Shown piece after piece: positions 47,175 to 57,621 of a stretch of DNA of 64,000 nt. The notes beneath the pieces were generated by a model, which saw only the letters and a list, made by a program, of their open reading frames with translations, was not told where the DNA came from and did no database searches. The translations under genes were made by a program, and so were the position numbers. The stretch is from positions 124,001 to 188,000 of IMG/VR virus record IMGVR_UViG_3300024262_006558, one strand, 5' to 3'. Numbering within the stretch: position 1 is the stretch's first letter; every line of letters starts with the position of its first letter.

Positions 47175-50132
47175 ATGGCTAAGAAAAACAAATATAAAGA
47201 TAGCGTAGTTCATATAAAGAAATTAAAGACAAATTATAGACTAACTTATGATTTTCTCAAATCTCTTACAGAATATATAAAATCATTTCCTAAAGAACAT
47301 TGGTCTATTCACAAAGAGCAGGTCATGGTGGGCGGGGAACTTAAACAGCAATGGTCCAGAGATATATCTGAATTCAAAATGGTTGATGTATTAGCGTTCC
47401 TAGTCGACAACTCAATCCCATTCAAATTTAGTAAATCCATAACAGAAAGAGAATTAAATGTTTTACGTAAAGAATATTTAGATCGACAGAATCGATTGAA
47501 AGATGCGCTTAGGGAGAAGTTAGATGGCATTGACATAAAAGGTATGGATTTCAGCTTTATGAAAATACAGCCTTATGAGTACCAACAACAAGCTGTTCGA
47601 TTCTTTGAGCTTAATGGAGGTATAGGGCTATTAGGGGATGCTCCAGGTGTAGGCAAGGAAATGCCTTTAGACACACCTATCCCCACTCCAGAAGGTTGGA
47701 AAACAATGGGGGATATGACGGTTGGTCAAAAGGTTTTTTCTAGAGATGGTGAAGTTTATAAAGTGAGAGGAGTGTATCCTCAAGGATCTAAAGATGTTTA
47801 TAAAATAACCTTCAATGATGGTAGCTCTACTAAATGTGGTTTAGATCACATTTGGACTGTTAGAGATAAAAATAGAAAGCGCAGAAATAAAGGGTGGACT
47901 ACAAAAACGATAGGTGATCTATTGGATAGCGGTTTAAAATATAACTTAGACGCCTCTAGAAAGTTATCTGGTAGAAAAGCTGCTCTCAAATGGGAGATAC
48001 CCACAACTAAACCAGTAAATTATAATAAGAAAAACTTATCAATAGACCCTTATATTTTAGGAGCTTTGATTGGAGATGGAAGTTTGACGGGATCATGTCC
48101 AGCTGTTTCCATACCAAATTTCCAAAAAGAAATCAAAGAAGAGATGGTTTCTAGATTAGATGAAGGGTATCATATGAGAAAGAATGATTATCCAAATTGC
48201 CCACAATATTACATCTCTCAAAAAGGATGGGGTGGACAAAGCAAAAAAAACAAATATCAACAAGAGGTTCTAAGTTTAAAATTAAACGTAAAATCTAGGG
48301 ATAAATTTATACCAAAAACCTATTTATTGGGATCTATAGATCAAAGAATTGATCTACTGAAAGGATTAATGGATAGTGATGGTAGTTGCGATAAAAATAG
48401 ATCAAATTATCACACTACATCTAAACGTTTGTCAATGGACGTTGTAGAATTAGTTCAGTCGCTAGGAGGCGTTGCAAAAGTTAACATCTATGATAGGTCT
48501 GCTGAAGGGAAGCCGACTGAATACAGAGTTAGGGTTAATGTTAATTTTTGCCCTTTTAATTTATCAGAAAAATCTAAACAGTGGAATCCAATAAAAACTG
48601 TTGAATCTAAATTAATAGAATCAATTGAAAAAGAGGCCTCTGAACAGCAGCAGTGTATTTCCGTAGATTCTCCAGACAACACTTACTTAACTGAAAGTTA
48701 TATTGTGACACACAATACCTGCTCGGCTTTTGCATATGCAGCTAAGCATCAGTATAAAACATTGATAATTTGTCCAGCCTCACTTGCTTTGAACTGGAAA
48801 AATGAAATAGTTAAGTTTACAAATGAAAAGGCTCACGTATACAAATACAAACCCACTAAAAAAAGCGGAAAGGTAAACTACGCAAAAGAAGACTCACTTT
48901 TCCATGTAATAAACTACGAATCACTTGATACCTATTTTAAATTTGAATACTCACATAAGTGTAGTAATTCAAATTGTAAATATGAAGAAGTATCTTTGGT
49001 TAAAAAATTTAAAGAGTGCCCTAGTTGCTTTAGTCCAAAAAGCGTTAAAAGCAGAAAAAAAGAACTTCTTGCTTTCGAAGCTAAAGATGGAAGCTTTATT
49101 AATATAGATGATTATGATTTAGTGGTTCTAGATGAGGCTCACTATATCAAGAACGATCAGGCTGAGAGAACTAAGTTATGCATTAAAGCATTAGGAGATA
49201 TCCCTAGAAAACTATTAGTTACTGGTACAGCAATAAAAAGTAAACCTATTGAGTTTTTCACTCTTGTTAACTTTCTATTCCCTGAGGAGTGGAAGAGTAG
49301 GCATCACTTTGGGGTAAGATATTGTGCTGGACATGAATCCAACTTTGGCTGGGATTATAATGGAGCCTCACATATACATGAGTTGTATGAGAGAATGTCA
49401 CCTTTTACTTTAAGAAGATTGAAGCAAGATGTATTAAGTCACTTGCCTCCAAAGACAAGATGGAATATACCAATTCAACTCACTCCAGCAGAAGCTAGAG
49501 AATACAAGAAAATAGAGCAGGAAACTATTACAATACTTTCCAATGGTGAAGCTATTGAAAAAAATCATCTTACGGTTCTTTTGGATTTAAAAAGCTTTAT
49601 TGCTGATATAAAATTAGATAGAGCCCTATCTCAAGTGCAAGACATTGTTGAAGGTGGTGAGAAAGTTGTTCTTATGTCTGAGTTTAGAAAATCAGCAGAG
49701 GGAGTTAAAGAGCATTTTGGAAAAAGCTGTGTAATGGTTCATGGTGGAGTTAGTAAAGAAGAACGAGATAATGCTGTTCACGCCTTCATGACGGACCCTA
49801 AGATAAAAGTGTTCAGCGGAACTATTATGGCTGCAGGAGTAGGGCTTACATTAACCTCATCTAGCACATTAGGATTTCTAGGATCAGCTTGGACTCCAGC
49901 AGATATGACTCAAGCGGAGGATCGTGTACACAGAGCGTCCACCACCTCAGATAAAGTTCATATTATAAAATGGATTTGTGAAGACACGATCGATGAAGAT
50001 ATTGAAGCCCTCTTAGAAGAGAAAGGGAAAATAGTAAACAAAGCCTTAGATAATACAAGTTCAATTGAAAGCGCTGAGGTTCTAAGTGGAAATATACAAA
50101 ATCAAATAATCGCTAGATTACTGAATGGATAG
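47175..50132 (+). CDS. SNF2/SWI2-family helicase with intein and Zn-ribbon insert
   Basis: PYEYQQQAV, GDAPGVGK[intein]T, IICPASL, INYE, LDEAHYIKN, VTGT, RRLKQDV, GVGLTL and QAEDRVHR. Confidence 0.93.
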   Translation: MAKKNKYKDSVVHIKKLKTNYRLTYDFLKSLTEYIKSFPKEHWSIHKEQVMVGGELKQQWSRDISEFKMVDVLAFLVDNSIPFKFSKSITERELNVLRKEYLDRQNRLKDALREKLDGIDIKGMDFSFMKIQPYEYQQQAVRFFELNGGIGLLGDAPGVGKEMPLDTPIPTPEGWKTMGDMTVGQKVFSRDGEVYKVRGVYPQGSKDVYKITFNDGSSTKCGLDHIWTVRDKNRKRRNKGWTTKTIGDLLDSGLKYNLDASRKLSGRKAALKWEIPTTKPVNYNKKNLSIDPYILGALIGDGSLTGSCPAVSIPNFQKEIKEEMVSRLDEGYHMRKNDYPNCPQYYISQKGWGGQSKKNKYQQEVLSLKLNVKSRDKFIPKTYLLGSIDQRIDLLKGLMDSDGSCDKNRSNYHTTSKRLSMDVVELVQSLGGVAKVNIYDRSAEGKPTEYRVRVNVNFCPFNLSEKSKQWNPIKTVESKLIESIEKEASEQQQCISVDSPDNTYLTESYIVTHNTCSAFAYAAKHQYKTLIICPASLALNWKNEIVKFTNEKAHVYKYKPTKKSGKVNYAKEDSLFHVINYESLDTYFKFEYSHKCSNSNCKYEEVSLVKKFKECPSCFSPKSVKSRKKELLAFEAKDGSFINIDDYDLVVLDEAHYIKNDQAERTKLCIKALGDIPRKLLVTGTAIKSKPIEFFTLVNFLFPEEWKSRHHFGVRYCAGHESNFGWDYNGASHIHELYERMSPFTLRRLKQDVLSHLPPKTRWNIPIQLTPAEAREYKKIEQETITILSNGEAIEKNHLTVLLDLKSFIADIKLDRALSQVQDIVEGGEKVVLMSEFRKSAEGVKEHFGKSCVMVHGGVSKEERDNAVHAFMTDPKIKVFSGTIMAAGVGLTLTSSSTLGFLGSAWTPADMTQAEDRVHRASTTSDKVHIIKWICEDTIDEDIEALLEEKGKIVNKALDNTSSIESAEVLSGNIQNQIIARLLNG
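47658..48716 (+). mobile_element. Class-3-type intein with LAGLIDADG endonuclease in the helicase P-loop (353 aa)
   Basis: Inserted at GK|T; starts EMPLDTPIPTPEGW; DHIW, QCISV and IVTHN give the WCT signature; LGALIGDGS and LKGLMDSDGS. Confidence 0.9.
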
Positions 50133-50156
50133 TCCTTTTTTTTGTAAAATATAAGC

Positions 50157-50163
50157 TATTTAT
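50157..50163 (+). promoter_or_regulatory. Putative late promoter TATTTAT
   Basis: 17 nt upstream of the endolysin. Confidence 0.6.
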
Positions 50164-50180
50164 AAATAAAAATAGCTATC

Positions 50181-51065
50181 ATGTATATTAAAGAAGGAGA
50201 TAGAGGCAAAGATGTATCTGAAGTCCAAAAAATACTTTCATTATTAGGTTATGATCTAATAATTGATGGAGGCTTTGGAGCAAAAACAACTAGATCAATT
50301 CGTTCATTCCAAAAGAAGAACGGGTTGGAAATGGACGGGGTTGTAGGCAACAACACATATAACGCTCTTAAAGCTTCCCTTAAAAGAGGGGCAAAAGAAA
50401 CTGGTGGAGCTAATGTTAAAGAATATGGCGATTTAAAAGTCTCTAAACACGCTTTAGATCCCACGCAGTATATCAAACAAAAGTTTCCAAAGTCACAAGT
50501 TTACATTCACTTCACAGCGGGTAGTCCAAGTGCTAAAAATGTAATTTCATGGTGGGATTCTGATGATCCTAGAATAGCAACAGCGTTCGTTATCGATGGT
50601 AACGATGGGTCTATAGTAGAAGCTTTCAGTCCAGACTACTGGTCATACCATTTAGGTATAAAAGGTACTCGCGGTAAGGTTGATAAACACTCTATTGGTA
50701 TTGAAATTTGTAACTGGGGACCTATCACTAAGAAAGGTGATAAATTCTACACTTACGTAAACAAAGAAATTTCGGCAGATCAAGTATTCGAGTTAGACAC
50801 TCCACACAGAGGTTACAAGTATTATCACAAATGTACTGCAGCTCAATTGGAAAATGTCGAAAAGCTACTTATTTATCTAGCAAAAACATATGACATACCA
50901 GTTCAAGATTCTTATGGAATGGATTGGTTTGAATACCAAGAAAGTGTAATTAAAGACATTACCCCAGGTATATGGACACATACAACTGTGAGAAAAGATA
51001 AATATGATATGGCTCCTCAACCTGAGTTAATTGCTATGTTAAATGGTTTAAAAAGCAAATTGTAA
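50181..51065 (+). CDS. Endolysin: PG-binding domain + N-acetylmuramoyl-L-alanine amidase (Amidase_2)
   Basis: GD.G.DV..VQ..L...DGGFG..T...FQ..NGL..DGVVG; then YIHFTAG, SIGIEICNWG, THTTVR.DK.D. Confidence 0.92.
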   Translation: MYIKEGDRGKDVSEVQKILSLLGYDLIIDGGFGAKTTRSIRSFQKKNGLEMDGVVGNNTYNALKASLKRGAKETGGANVKEYGDLKVSKHALDPTQYIKQKFPKSQVYIHFTAGSPSAKNVISWWDSDDPRIATAFVIDGNDGSIVEAFSPDYWSYHLGIKGTRGKVDKHSIGIEICNWGPITKKGDKFYTYVNKEISADQVFELDTPHRGYKYYHKCTAAQLENVEKLLIYLAKTYDIPVQDSYGMDWFEYQESVIKDITPGIWTHTTVRKDKYDMAPQPELIAMLNGLKSKL

Positions 51066-51316
51066 TGACTAAACGAGACGTTGAAGATATTGTTAAAAAA
51101 ATGTTTGATGAGAAATTCAAACGTGAAACTAAAGACTTTGTAGTTAAGGGGGATATTGAAAAAATGATTTCTAAAGACATAGAAACTGCGGTTAAAGAAA
51201 TATCTAAAACAACCACCGATCAGGACGAAGTAAAAGAAATAATTAGAAAGATGATGATATCTTTCTATAAGTTCATGTGGGAGAAGTCTCACTTTTTTAT
51301 AAAAAGCATTAAATAA
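51065..51316 (+). CDS. Small helical late protein
   Basis: 83 aa, TAATG-coupled. Confidence 0.6.
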   Translation: MTKRDVEDIVKKMFDEKFKRETKDFVVKGDIEKMISKDIETAVKEISKTTTDQDEVKEIIRKMMISFYKFMWEKSHFFIKSIK

Positions 51317-51909
51317 TGGATAGCTCTAAATTAAAAGAAATAATTAAACAAGAAATTCAAGCTAATGCGCTTGATTTCCTTAAAAACAAGGAAAAGTATA
51401 CTCAAAAATCTAGAGAGAAAAGCGATTTAGATAACGCCCTTGAAGAGGAAAGGGTTCATAATACCCTTTTCTACGGAAGTGATGACGCGAGAGAGTTTGA
51501 GTTTAAAGCTAAGCTAAGCGAATCTAGTGATTTTCATGGAATAGGAGAAGTTGAAGAAATTGAGGGCGCTGCAGCAGAAGAACCTCAGATAACCAGATCG
51601 GAAGTTGAGTCTTTTGAGCAGAAGTTTAAAGAAGTAGTTACTCCATCAGTGAAATTCAATACTGGAGAAGACGGGGCTATAGACTATCGTCTTTATAATG
51701 GAGAATCTGGAATAGAAGCTAGTGTAGGAGGCACAATACCTCTTCAAGCTGAGAATTACATAAAATTTGATTACTCCCTTCAGAACGGCCCATTCATGAC
51801 GGCAAGTGTAGAATTAACGACAGATGTTGCTGAGACTATATCTAATCTTGCCAATTTCTACGAACAGTGGAAAAGAGAGTGGTCTCTAAAGCTTGGTAAT
51901 TTAAAATAA
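51316..51909 (+). CDS. Hypothetical late protein (LKEIIKQEI N-terminal motif)
   Basis: 197 aa. Confidence 0.6.
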   Translation: MDSSKLKEIIKQEIQANALDFLKNKEKYTQKSREKSDLDNALEEERVHNTLFYGSDDAREFEFKAKLSESSDFHGIGEVEEIEGAAAEEPQITRSEVESFEQKFKEVVTPSVKFNTGEDGAIDYRLYNGESGIEASVGGTIPLQAENYIKFDYSLQNGPFMTASVELTTDVAETISNLANFYEQWKREWSLKLGNLK

Positions 51910-51954
51910 AAAGCTGTTTAATTTCGACTGCCTTTATTATTATATTCTACAAGA

Positions 51955-52245
51955 ATGAGAACTATTCAAGATATAATTGACAACCAGGAGAAATACAAAG
52001 CTGAAATTTACCATTGGTTCAAAGAAGATCTTAGTCAAACAAGAGATCTTTTAAAGAGCATATCTGGTAATAATGAGTTTATCCAAAAGGAAAAAGAAAA
52101 ACTCAAAAAAAAGCTTAAAAAGGCCAAATTCAAACCATATCTTGATAGGTTATTTTTTATGCACTCAATGCGAAATAAAGAGTATTACGTATGGTGGGTT
52201 AAAGATAGCCAAGAAGCTTTAATATTGAAATATGAAAAAAGATAA
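51955..52245 (+). CDS. Hypothetical basic protein
   Basis: 96-aa ORF. Confidence 0.55.
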   Translation: MRTIQDIIDNQEKYKAEIYHWFKEDLSQTRDLLKSISGNNEFIQKEKEKLKKKLKKAKFKPYLDRLFFMHSMRNKEYYVWWVKDSQEALILKYEKR

Positions 52246-52579
52246 AGGCCAAACTACCGACATACTAATTGAGATACGTTACAAATACTCTATGAATAAA
52301 TTCGAAGAGGAATATGGAGACTGCGTCAATTATGATCAATTGGTTCAAGAGACTTATGTTGAACTTAAGGATGTAGTCAATAGGGATCTAGAGCGAAAAG
52401 TGAAATTTAGAAAGCACGGACCTAGAGAAGGGATGATAAGAACCATTAGAGCTGAAATGTATGATAGTGAATTCGAAAGACTATCTCAAACTTATAGCGG
52501 GGATTCCTTTTCTTTTATTTGCAATTTTGTTATATCCTCGGTAAGGATAGCGACTGAAGCAGAATTAAACTTTGAATAA
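52232..52579 (+). CDS. Hypothetical protein
   Basis: 115-aa ORF overlapping the previous gene. Confidence 0.55.
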   Translation: MKKDKGQTTDILIEIRYKYSMNKFEEEYGDCVNYDQLVQETYVELKDVVNRDLERKVKFRKHGPREGMIRTIRAEMYDSEFERLSQTYSGDSFSFICNFVISSVRIATEAELNFE

Positions 52580-52585
52580 TAAGAC

Positions 52586-53464
52586 ATGACACCAGAACAA
52601 CACGCACTAGCTAATATGTCAGCAGAAGACAGAACAATACTTGCAGGAGCTCAACAAAAGCAGGCTGCGAGATTTGAGTCTTTAGGGATTGGAAACATAT
52701 TAGAAAGACAACAGCAAATTCAACAAACACAAGGTTTCCATGGCGGAGGAACAGCTGGCAGTTTAGACATGCTAAATAGTATTAATGCTATTAAAAGTGG
52801 TCAAAAGAAAACTGAGATAGATCAGTTTATGAAAGCTGAAAACCCAAACGCATTCCAAGCTATACCAGTTAACGCTCCAAGGAATCCAGGCAACGATGCA
52901 AGGAGAGCAGCTATCGTGGCTGAATCTGAGCAAGTTGGATTAGGAGCTCTTAAGCAGGATGGAAAAAGTAGAGAAGCCCAAGGGGTTGAGGCTATGTTTG
53001 ATTTTGATGGAGGCGGAGGGTACTCAGATGTTGTTATGGGAAACCGTAATACACCTTATGCTCAATCTACAGGACAAGCTCAGCCGCCAAGCGGAGCTTT
53101 AATAGGGGAAAACTTTGGAGGACCTTCTTTTGATGATGTATGGGCTAGTAAAAGAGCTGCTATAAATCAGCAAGCTCCACAGCAACAATTATTCGAAGCA
53201 CAGCAGCAACACGCTGCTGTAGGTCAGGGTATTGATATGAACGCTCTAATGGCCACAATAGAGTCAATGGCGTCCAGAATAGCTGATGATAAAATAAGAA
53301 ATGTACTTAGCGAATACTCTTCAAACTTTAATGGTAGTTCAGCAGCTGAACAAAGAGCTGCAATGAAAAATACTTATAAACGAGTTAAGGGTCATGATGA
53401 TGTGATTAAGATTGGGGAGAGGTATTTCAGGCTATCAGAGGTAAGGTTTAAGAAAAAAAGTTAA
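52586..53464 (+). CDS. Gln/Ala/Gly-rich low-complexity protein
   Basis: 292 aa with QQQ tracts and a small basic C-terminal domain. Confidence 0.65.
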   Translation: MTPEQHALANMSAEDRTILAGAQQKQAARFESLGIGNILERQQQIQQTQGFHGGGTAGSLDMLNSINAIKSGQKKTEIDQFMKAENPNAFQAIPVNAPRNPGNDARRAAIVAESEQVGLGALKQDGKSREAQGVEAMFDFDGGGGYSDVVMGNRNTPYAQSTGQAQPPSGALIGENFGGPSFDDVWASKRAAINQQAPQQQLFEAQQQHAAVGQGIDMNALMATIESMASRIADDKIRNVLSEYSSNFNGSSAAEQRAAMKNTYKRVKGHDDVIKIGERYFRLSEVRFKKKS

Positions 53465-53492
53465 TCAATCCTGAATTTAGTGTTTTATTTAA

Positions 53493-53499
53493 TATTTAT
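53493..53499 (+). promoter_or_regulatory. Putative late promoter TATTTAT
   Basis: Upstream of 53535. Confidence 0.55.
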
Positions 53500-53534
53500 A
53501 AGTAAATCACAAAAAACTTTAAAGTTCACAACTC

Positions 53535-54287
53535 ATGAGCAATAAGAAACAAGAACTTAACGAACAAGGTGTAAGAGCGTTAGTTAGAAATATGATCCAA
53601 GAAGCTGTCGAAGAATTAGGCGATGCTATGGACCAACCTTTGAACAAAATGGATAAGGTTAATACTACTTCACACCCTAATGAATTATTAGGAGCTCCAA
53701 AAGAGCTTAACAAGCCATCTCAAACAAAAGTAGACACGGATGCGGAAGTATCTAAAGATTCTAAAGATAAGCCTAATCCAGAGCAATTAAGCGAAGGTGA
53801 AGATTATACTGATGAAGGTGATCCTCTTGATGTTAAGATGAATGCTAAAGATTCTGATAAAGGGTCTGACGAATCTGCTGCAGCTGCAGTTGAGGTAAAA
53901 GCTTCAGGTAAACTAAATGGAGATTCTACTAAGGGTCAAGCGAAAGCTAAATTTGACTCCAAGAAGGGAAGCAATGACTCTACTAATGAAAATGGTGGAG
54001 ACGATAAAGGTGAAAATCATTTCGATGTTGACATGAACGATATGGACGGAGAAGGTGATGATGAAGGAGCTAAAACTTTTGTTGAGCCAGGGTCTGAATT
54101 AAGCAAAGGTGCTTCAAAAGGGCAAAAGGATGCTAAATGGTCGGAAGATGCTAAAAACGAAAAAGATCCTTACGGAAGGATTGCGGATGCAATCCAATTA
54201 GATGAATTAGAATCAAAACAAGTAGGTCAAAAAGAATTAGAGAATTTCATTAACGAAGCTGCTCGTAGAATTCAAAAACTACTTTAA
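53535..54287 (+). CDS. Acidic disordered protein, putative prohead core/internal protein with internal duplication
   Basis: LNE, MIQEA, LSE and INEA motifs; DV.MN.D...D...KGQ..AK block present twice. Confidence 0.55.
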   Translation: MSNKKQELNEQGVRALVRNMIQEAVEELGDAMDQPLNKMDKVNTTSHPNELLGAPKELNKPSQTKVDTDAEVSKDSKDKPNPEQLSEGEDYTDEGDPLDVKMNAKDSDKGSDESAAAAVEVKASGKLNGDSTKGQAKAKFDSKKGSNDSTNENGGDDKGENHFDVDMNDMDGEGDDEGAKTFVEPGSELSKGASKGQKDAKWSEDAKNEKDPYGRIADAIQLDELESKQVGQKELENFINEAARRIQKLL

Positions 54288-54306
54288 TAGTAAATTACTA
54301 CAAAAT

Positions 54307-54339
54307 AAAAACCCATTGCTAAAACAATGGGTTTTTTTT
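54307..54339. terminator. Intrinsic terminator
   Basis: AAAAACCCATTG-CTAAAA-CAATGGGTTTTTTTT. Confidence 0.85.
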
Positions 54340-54394
54340 GTGCCCAGACTTTATTTTATTAAATGTTTTGTTTAGGTTTTAAAAAAAATCTAAT

Positions 54395-56503
54395 ATGAGT
54401 AAAACATTTTTGGAAACAGATAAGCTTAAGAAAACTTACACTTTCTATAAGACTCTTGGGCAATTTGAAAACTATTTCTGCAATTGCGGACACAGGTTTC
54501 AAACAAACGTCCAAAACGAAGACGATAAAGAACTTCAAGAATATATCTCTGAACAAGAGCAAATTACTGGAGGTGAGGAAGATATGATTATTACAGCGCT
54601 TAAAAGCGCTAGAATTTCCATTAGAGAAGATATTAAATGTTCTAATTGCGGAACCAACTATCAACTTCCAGTGAACCAAAGAAAACTTAAAGAAATCGAT
54701 TCCATTACGGCTTCAGGTTATTTCATGGAAAAAACTGAGGAGAAACTTTCTCTTCATCTATGTTTTGTTACGCCTAGATTGGATAAAAAGCTTGATGGAT
54801 TTCATTTTACTGAAACAAGAAAATCAATATCACTTTATAAAGATGGTAGATTGTATTTCAAAGGGATAAATGAAGATGAGAGAGAGTTTGATTTAGACGA
54901 AGTGTTTACTTTAGTAAACGAATTCTTTCAAAACAAAGTTGGAGTTGTAGTTAATATATATGATCTACATCAATTTCTTATCGAAGTATCTAGACAAGTA
55001 TCCGATATAGAGGATATAGATTCAATACAAAACCTTATGAAGGAAGTTGGTCCTAGCTTAAAGGATTATGGTACAGATAGATTTAAAAAAATACTTGTAA
55101 TATTTTTTTCTATCATAAAGTATTCAAACCTATCAACAATAGCTTTAACTAAAGACGCAACTTTTTTATATGATCTTTTAAAAGAATGCAAGGTGCCGAC
55201 ATCTGTTGAATTAAAAGAGGCAAATGTAACATCTCCACTTCATATATTTAACTTTTTAGCAAAAAAGTATTTTCAGAAAATAAATGAAGAGATTAATGAC
55301 GAAAGAAAGCAGGAATCTGAGTTTGTATTCAAATCAGACATAGTACTAGAGGATCTTGAGAATCATGATAGCGTAGGATATATTTCTGGAACAGGTGAAA
55401 TAAAATACACCGAGCAAGAAGATACTGCAGTAGACAAGGAAACTATGATCGCCAAGAAAGGTGAGCAGAGGCAATTGACTATTAATGTGAAATCAATTGA
55501 GGACTATGAAGCTGGAAAGGTTATGAAAACCGATTCAGGAAGTCTTGAGGTATTTCAATTGATCGGGGATGGTAAGATATCAAAATTCTTATACAAGAAG
55601 ATAGAGAGCTTCGGAGACTATAAGCAGCTGCTTAAATTCTTAAAGTTGTTTGAATATCACGAGCTAATGGAAATTCTTCAAAAATATGACATAGATTTAT
55701 TAACTAATCTAGTTGATGCTATCTACTTTAGAGATGGGATTGAAATGGATGAAGTTAAGCGTTTAATACCTCTTTTTACAGACCATTGCCTTAAAGAAGA
55801 ATTTAAAATGAAAACTTCAACCAATCTTTGGGATAAAGATGAGTCTAAGATTAGACAAGAGTTAAAGAAAGAGTTAGAAAGAGAGCCCACTTACAAAGAG
55901 ATGAAAAAGTCTGGGCTAAAGATGGAACCTAAATTCAAACACATATCAACATTTGATTTTGTGCCATATGATGATTCAATAATGATGAACATTACTTTAG
56001 ATTTTGATCCAAGACGTAATTTCTACAAAATAAAAACTCTGGAACAGCTACAAATCTATCACGACAAACTTGTTAGGTATTATAATGTAATCAGAGCAAG
56101 TGAAAACGTGAATTATGAAGCGTACTTCTCTCGTTTTAAATTTTTAGAAGATAGAACTAACTATACAGGCCCTCTTGAGTTTGGATTGCTTGATACTCCA
56201 ACCAAAGTAAGTCATGAAGGTGAAGAGATGCATCATAGTGGAGGCCACTATTTCCCTAAGATACTTGAAGGTAGATATCTTATGCTTAAGATGATTGATC
56301 ATACTGAAGGCTTGCCTAAAGACGAATTGGTGAGATTTACATTAGGCTTGAATTACAATGAGAAACAAGGGTTAAGCTTCGACCAATTCAAAAGCCATTC
56401 TAATAAATTAGCCTCTAATAGGTTAAGGGAATTACTTAAGGCTTGGATGTCAGCTAAAGAAATAGAATTTAACGCTAGAAAGCCAGATATCAGATCTATA
56501 TGA
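54395..56503 (+). CDS. PcfJ-like domain protein with N-terminal Zn finger
   Basis: CNCG and CSNCG at the N-terminus; LQIYHDKL..., EGEEMHHSGG, FTLGL and Q.K..SN at the C-terminus. Confidence 0.6.
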   Translation: MSKTFLETDKLKKTYTFYKTLGQFENYFCNCGHRFQTNVQNEDDKELQEYISEQEQITGGEEDMIITALKSARISIREDIKCSNCGTNYQLPVNQRKLKEIDSITASGYFMEKTEEKLSLHLCFVTPRLDKKLDGFHFTETRKSISLYKDGRLYFKGINEDEREFDLDEVFTLVNEFFQNKVGVVVNIYDLHQFLIEVSRQVSDIEDIDSIQNLMKEVGPSLKDYGTDRFKKILVIFFSIIKYSNLSTIALTKDATFLYDLLKECKVPTSVELKEANVTSPLHIFNFLAKKYFQKINEEINDERKQESEFVFKSDIVLEDLENHDSVGYISGTGEIKYTEQEDTAVDKETMIAKKGEQRQLTINVKSIEDYEAGKVMKTDSGSLEVFQLIGDGKISKFLYKKIESFGDYKQLLKFLKLFEYHELMEILQKYDIDLLTNLVDAIYFRDGIEMDEVKRLIPLFTDHCLKEEFKMKTSTNLWDKDESKIRQELKKELEREPTYKEMKKSGLKMEPKFKHISTFDFVPYDDSIMMNITLDFDPRRNFYKIKTLEQLQIYHDKLVRYYNVIRASENVNYEAYFSRFKFLEDRTNYTGPLEFGLLDTPTKVSHEGEEMHHSGGHYFPKILEGRYLMLKMIDHTEGLPKDELVRFTLGLNYNEKQGLSFDQFKSHSNKLASNRLRELLKAWMSAKEIEFNARKPDIRSI

Positions 56504-56871
56504 TAGAGCTGATGAAATACAACAAACAAAACGAATTAGTTGAAGTTGTTGAGTTTAATGAAGATGGGAGCGTATTGACGCTCCACTCTTTAAGGGGTGA
56601 TAGGTTTCTATTAAGATATTGGAATCAAGAAGTTGATGGTGAAAAAGAAACATTTCTTGAACATGTGGAATATAAAGAGTCCTGCAAATTAACCACTATG
56701 AGAATGGATGGATATAGATGGACTAGAGCTGTAAAAAGCGAGTCTATAGGCTTGGATTATGCCGAAGTAAAAGATAGAGTAACAACCTGCAATGGAGAAT
56801 TAATTGCAATGAAAATAAAAGAAAATTTCTTAGAATCATGGAAAGAGAAGATTACAACAAAGACGATATAA
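56500..56871 (+). CDS. Hypothetical protein
   Basis: 123 aa, ATGA overlap. Confidence 0.6.
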   Translation: MIELMKYNKQNELVEVVEFNEDGSVLTLHSLRGDRFLLRYWNQEVDGEKETFLEHVEYKESCKLTTMRMDGYRWTRAVKSESIGLDYAEVKDRVTTCNGELIAMKIKENFLESWKEKITTKTI

Positions 56872-57128
56872 ATGATTTCATGAGCGCTATGAATGGCGAT
56901 GTCGATCAAGAAACAAAAGATAAAGAGCAAAGAAAAGTTCTAACAAAAGCTTTGGAGCTATATAAAAAGCAAAAAAGCGGAACCATTACAGCTGTAGAAG
57001 AGGGTGAAATTAAACTATTATCCATCAAACACGGGAATTATAAAGATTATTTTTTATCAATCAACTCTAAAATTGATAATTCTGAAGAAATAGATGATGT
57101 GGACCAGTTCTTAGATTCTATTATGTAA
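56838..57128 (+). CDS. Hypothetical protein
   Basis: 96-aa ORF. Confidence 0.55.
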   Translation: MEREDYNKDDINDFMSAMNGDVDQETKDKEQRKVLTKALELYKKQKSGTITAVEEGEIKLLSIKHGNYKDYFLSINSKIDNSEEIDDVDQFLDSIM

Positions 57129-57163
57129 AGCAAATATTTACTTGTTTGAATAAAAAAAACAAG

Positions 57164-57170
57164 TATTTAT
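57164..57170 (+). promoter_or_regulatory. Putative late promoter TATTTAT
   Basis: 15 nt upstream of 57186. Confidence 0.55.
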
Positions 57171-57185
57171 ATTAAAAGCGCTAAC

Positions 57186-57611
57186 ATGGAAACTCCATTA
57201 CAACTTGAAACACTTGGCCAAGTGTCAAATGTGTCTGCAGATAAAGAAAAAGGCTATATTAAGTTTGATCTTTATACTAAAGATAGAAAAGCTACGTCTC
57301 TAGTAGCTGAATATGGTCCATTTTGTGAATGGGTTGCCAATAAAATCAAAAACAAAGAAGTTGGAGATGAGTCTCTAATATTTGAAAATTTCATAAAAGA
57401 GTTTCTAACTATTTCCGAAGTAACAGAAGGATTAGACGAAGTTATAGATGATGAAGGCAACCTTATGCCATCTACCGATAAACCTAGCAACGCTGACAAC
57501 AGCGGTATAGGATCTTCCAAATTTGATTTAGATACCGTGTTCAAACAGGCTGTACCTAAGCATCAAAGGTTTTATAACGGAGATTTTGGGGCTGGATTCA
57601 TAGCTTGGTAA
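57186..57611 (+). CDS. Hypothetical late protein
   Basis: 141 aa with LDEVIDDEG motif. Confidence 0.6.
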   Translation: METPLQLETLGQVSNVSADKEKGYIKFDLYTKDRKATSLVAEYGPFCEWVANKIKNKEVGDESLIFENFIKEFLTISEVTEGLDEVIDDEGNLMPSTDKPSNADNSGIGSSKFDLDTVFKQAVPKHQRFYNGDFGAGFIAW

Positions 57612-57621
57612 ATAGTATTTA

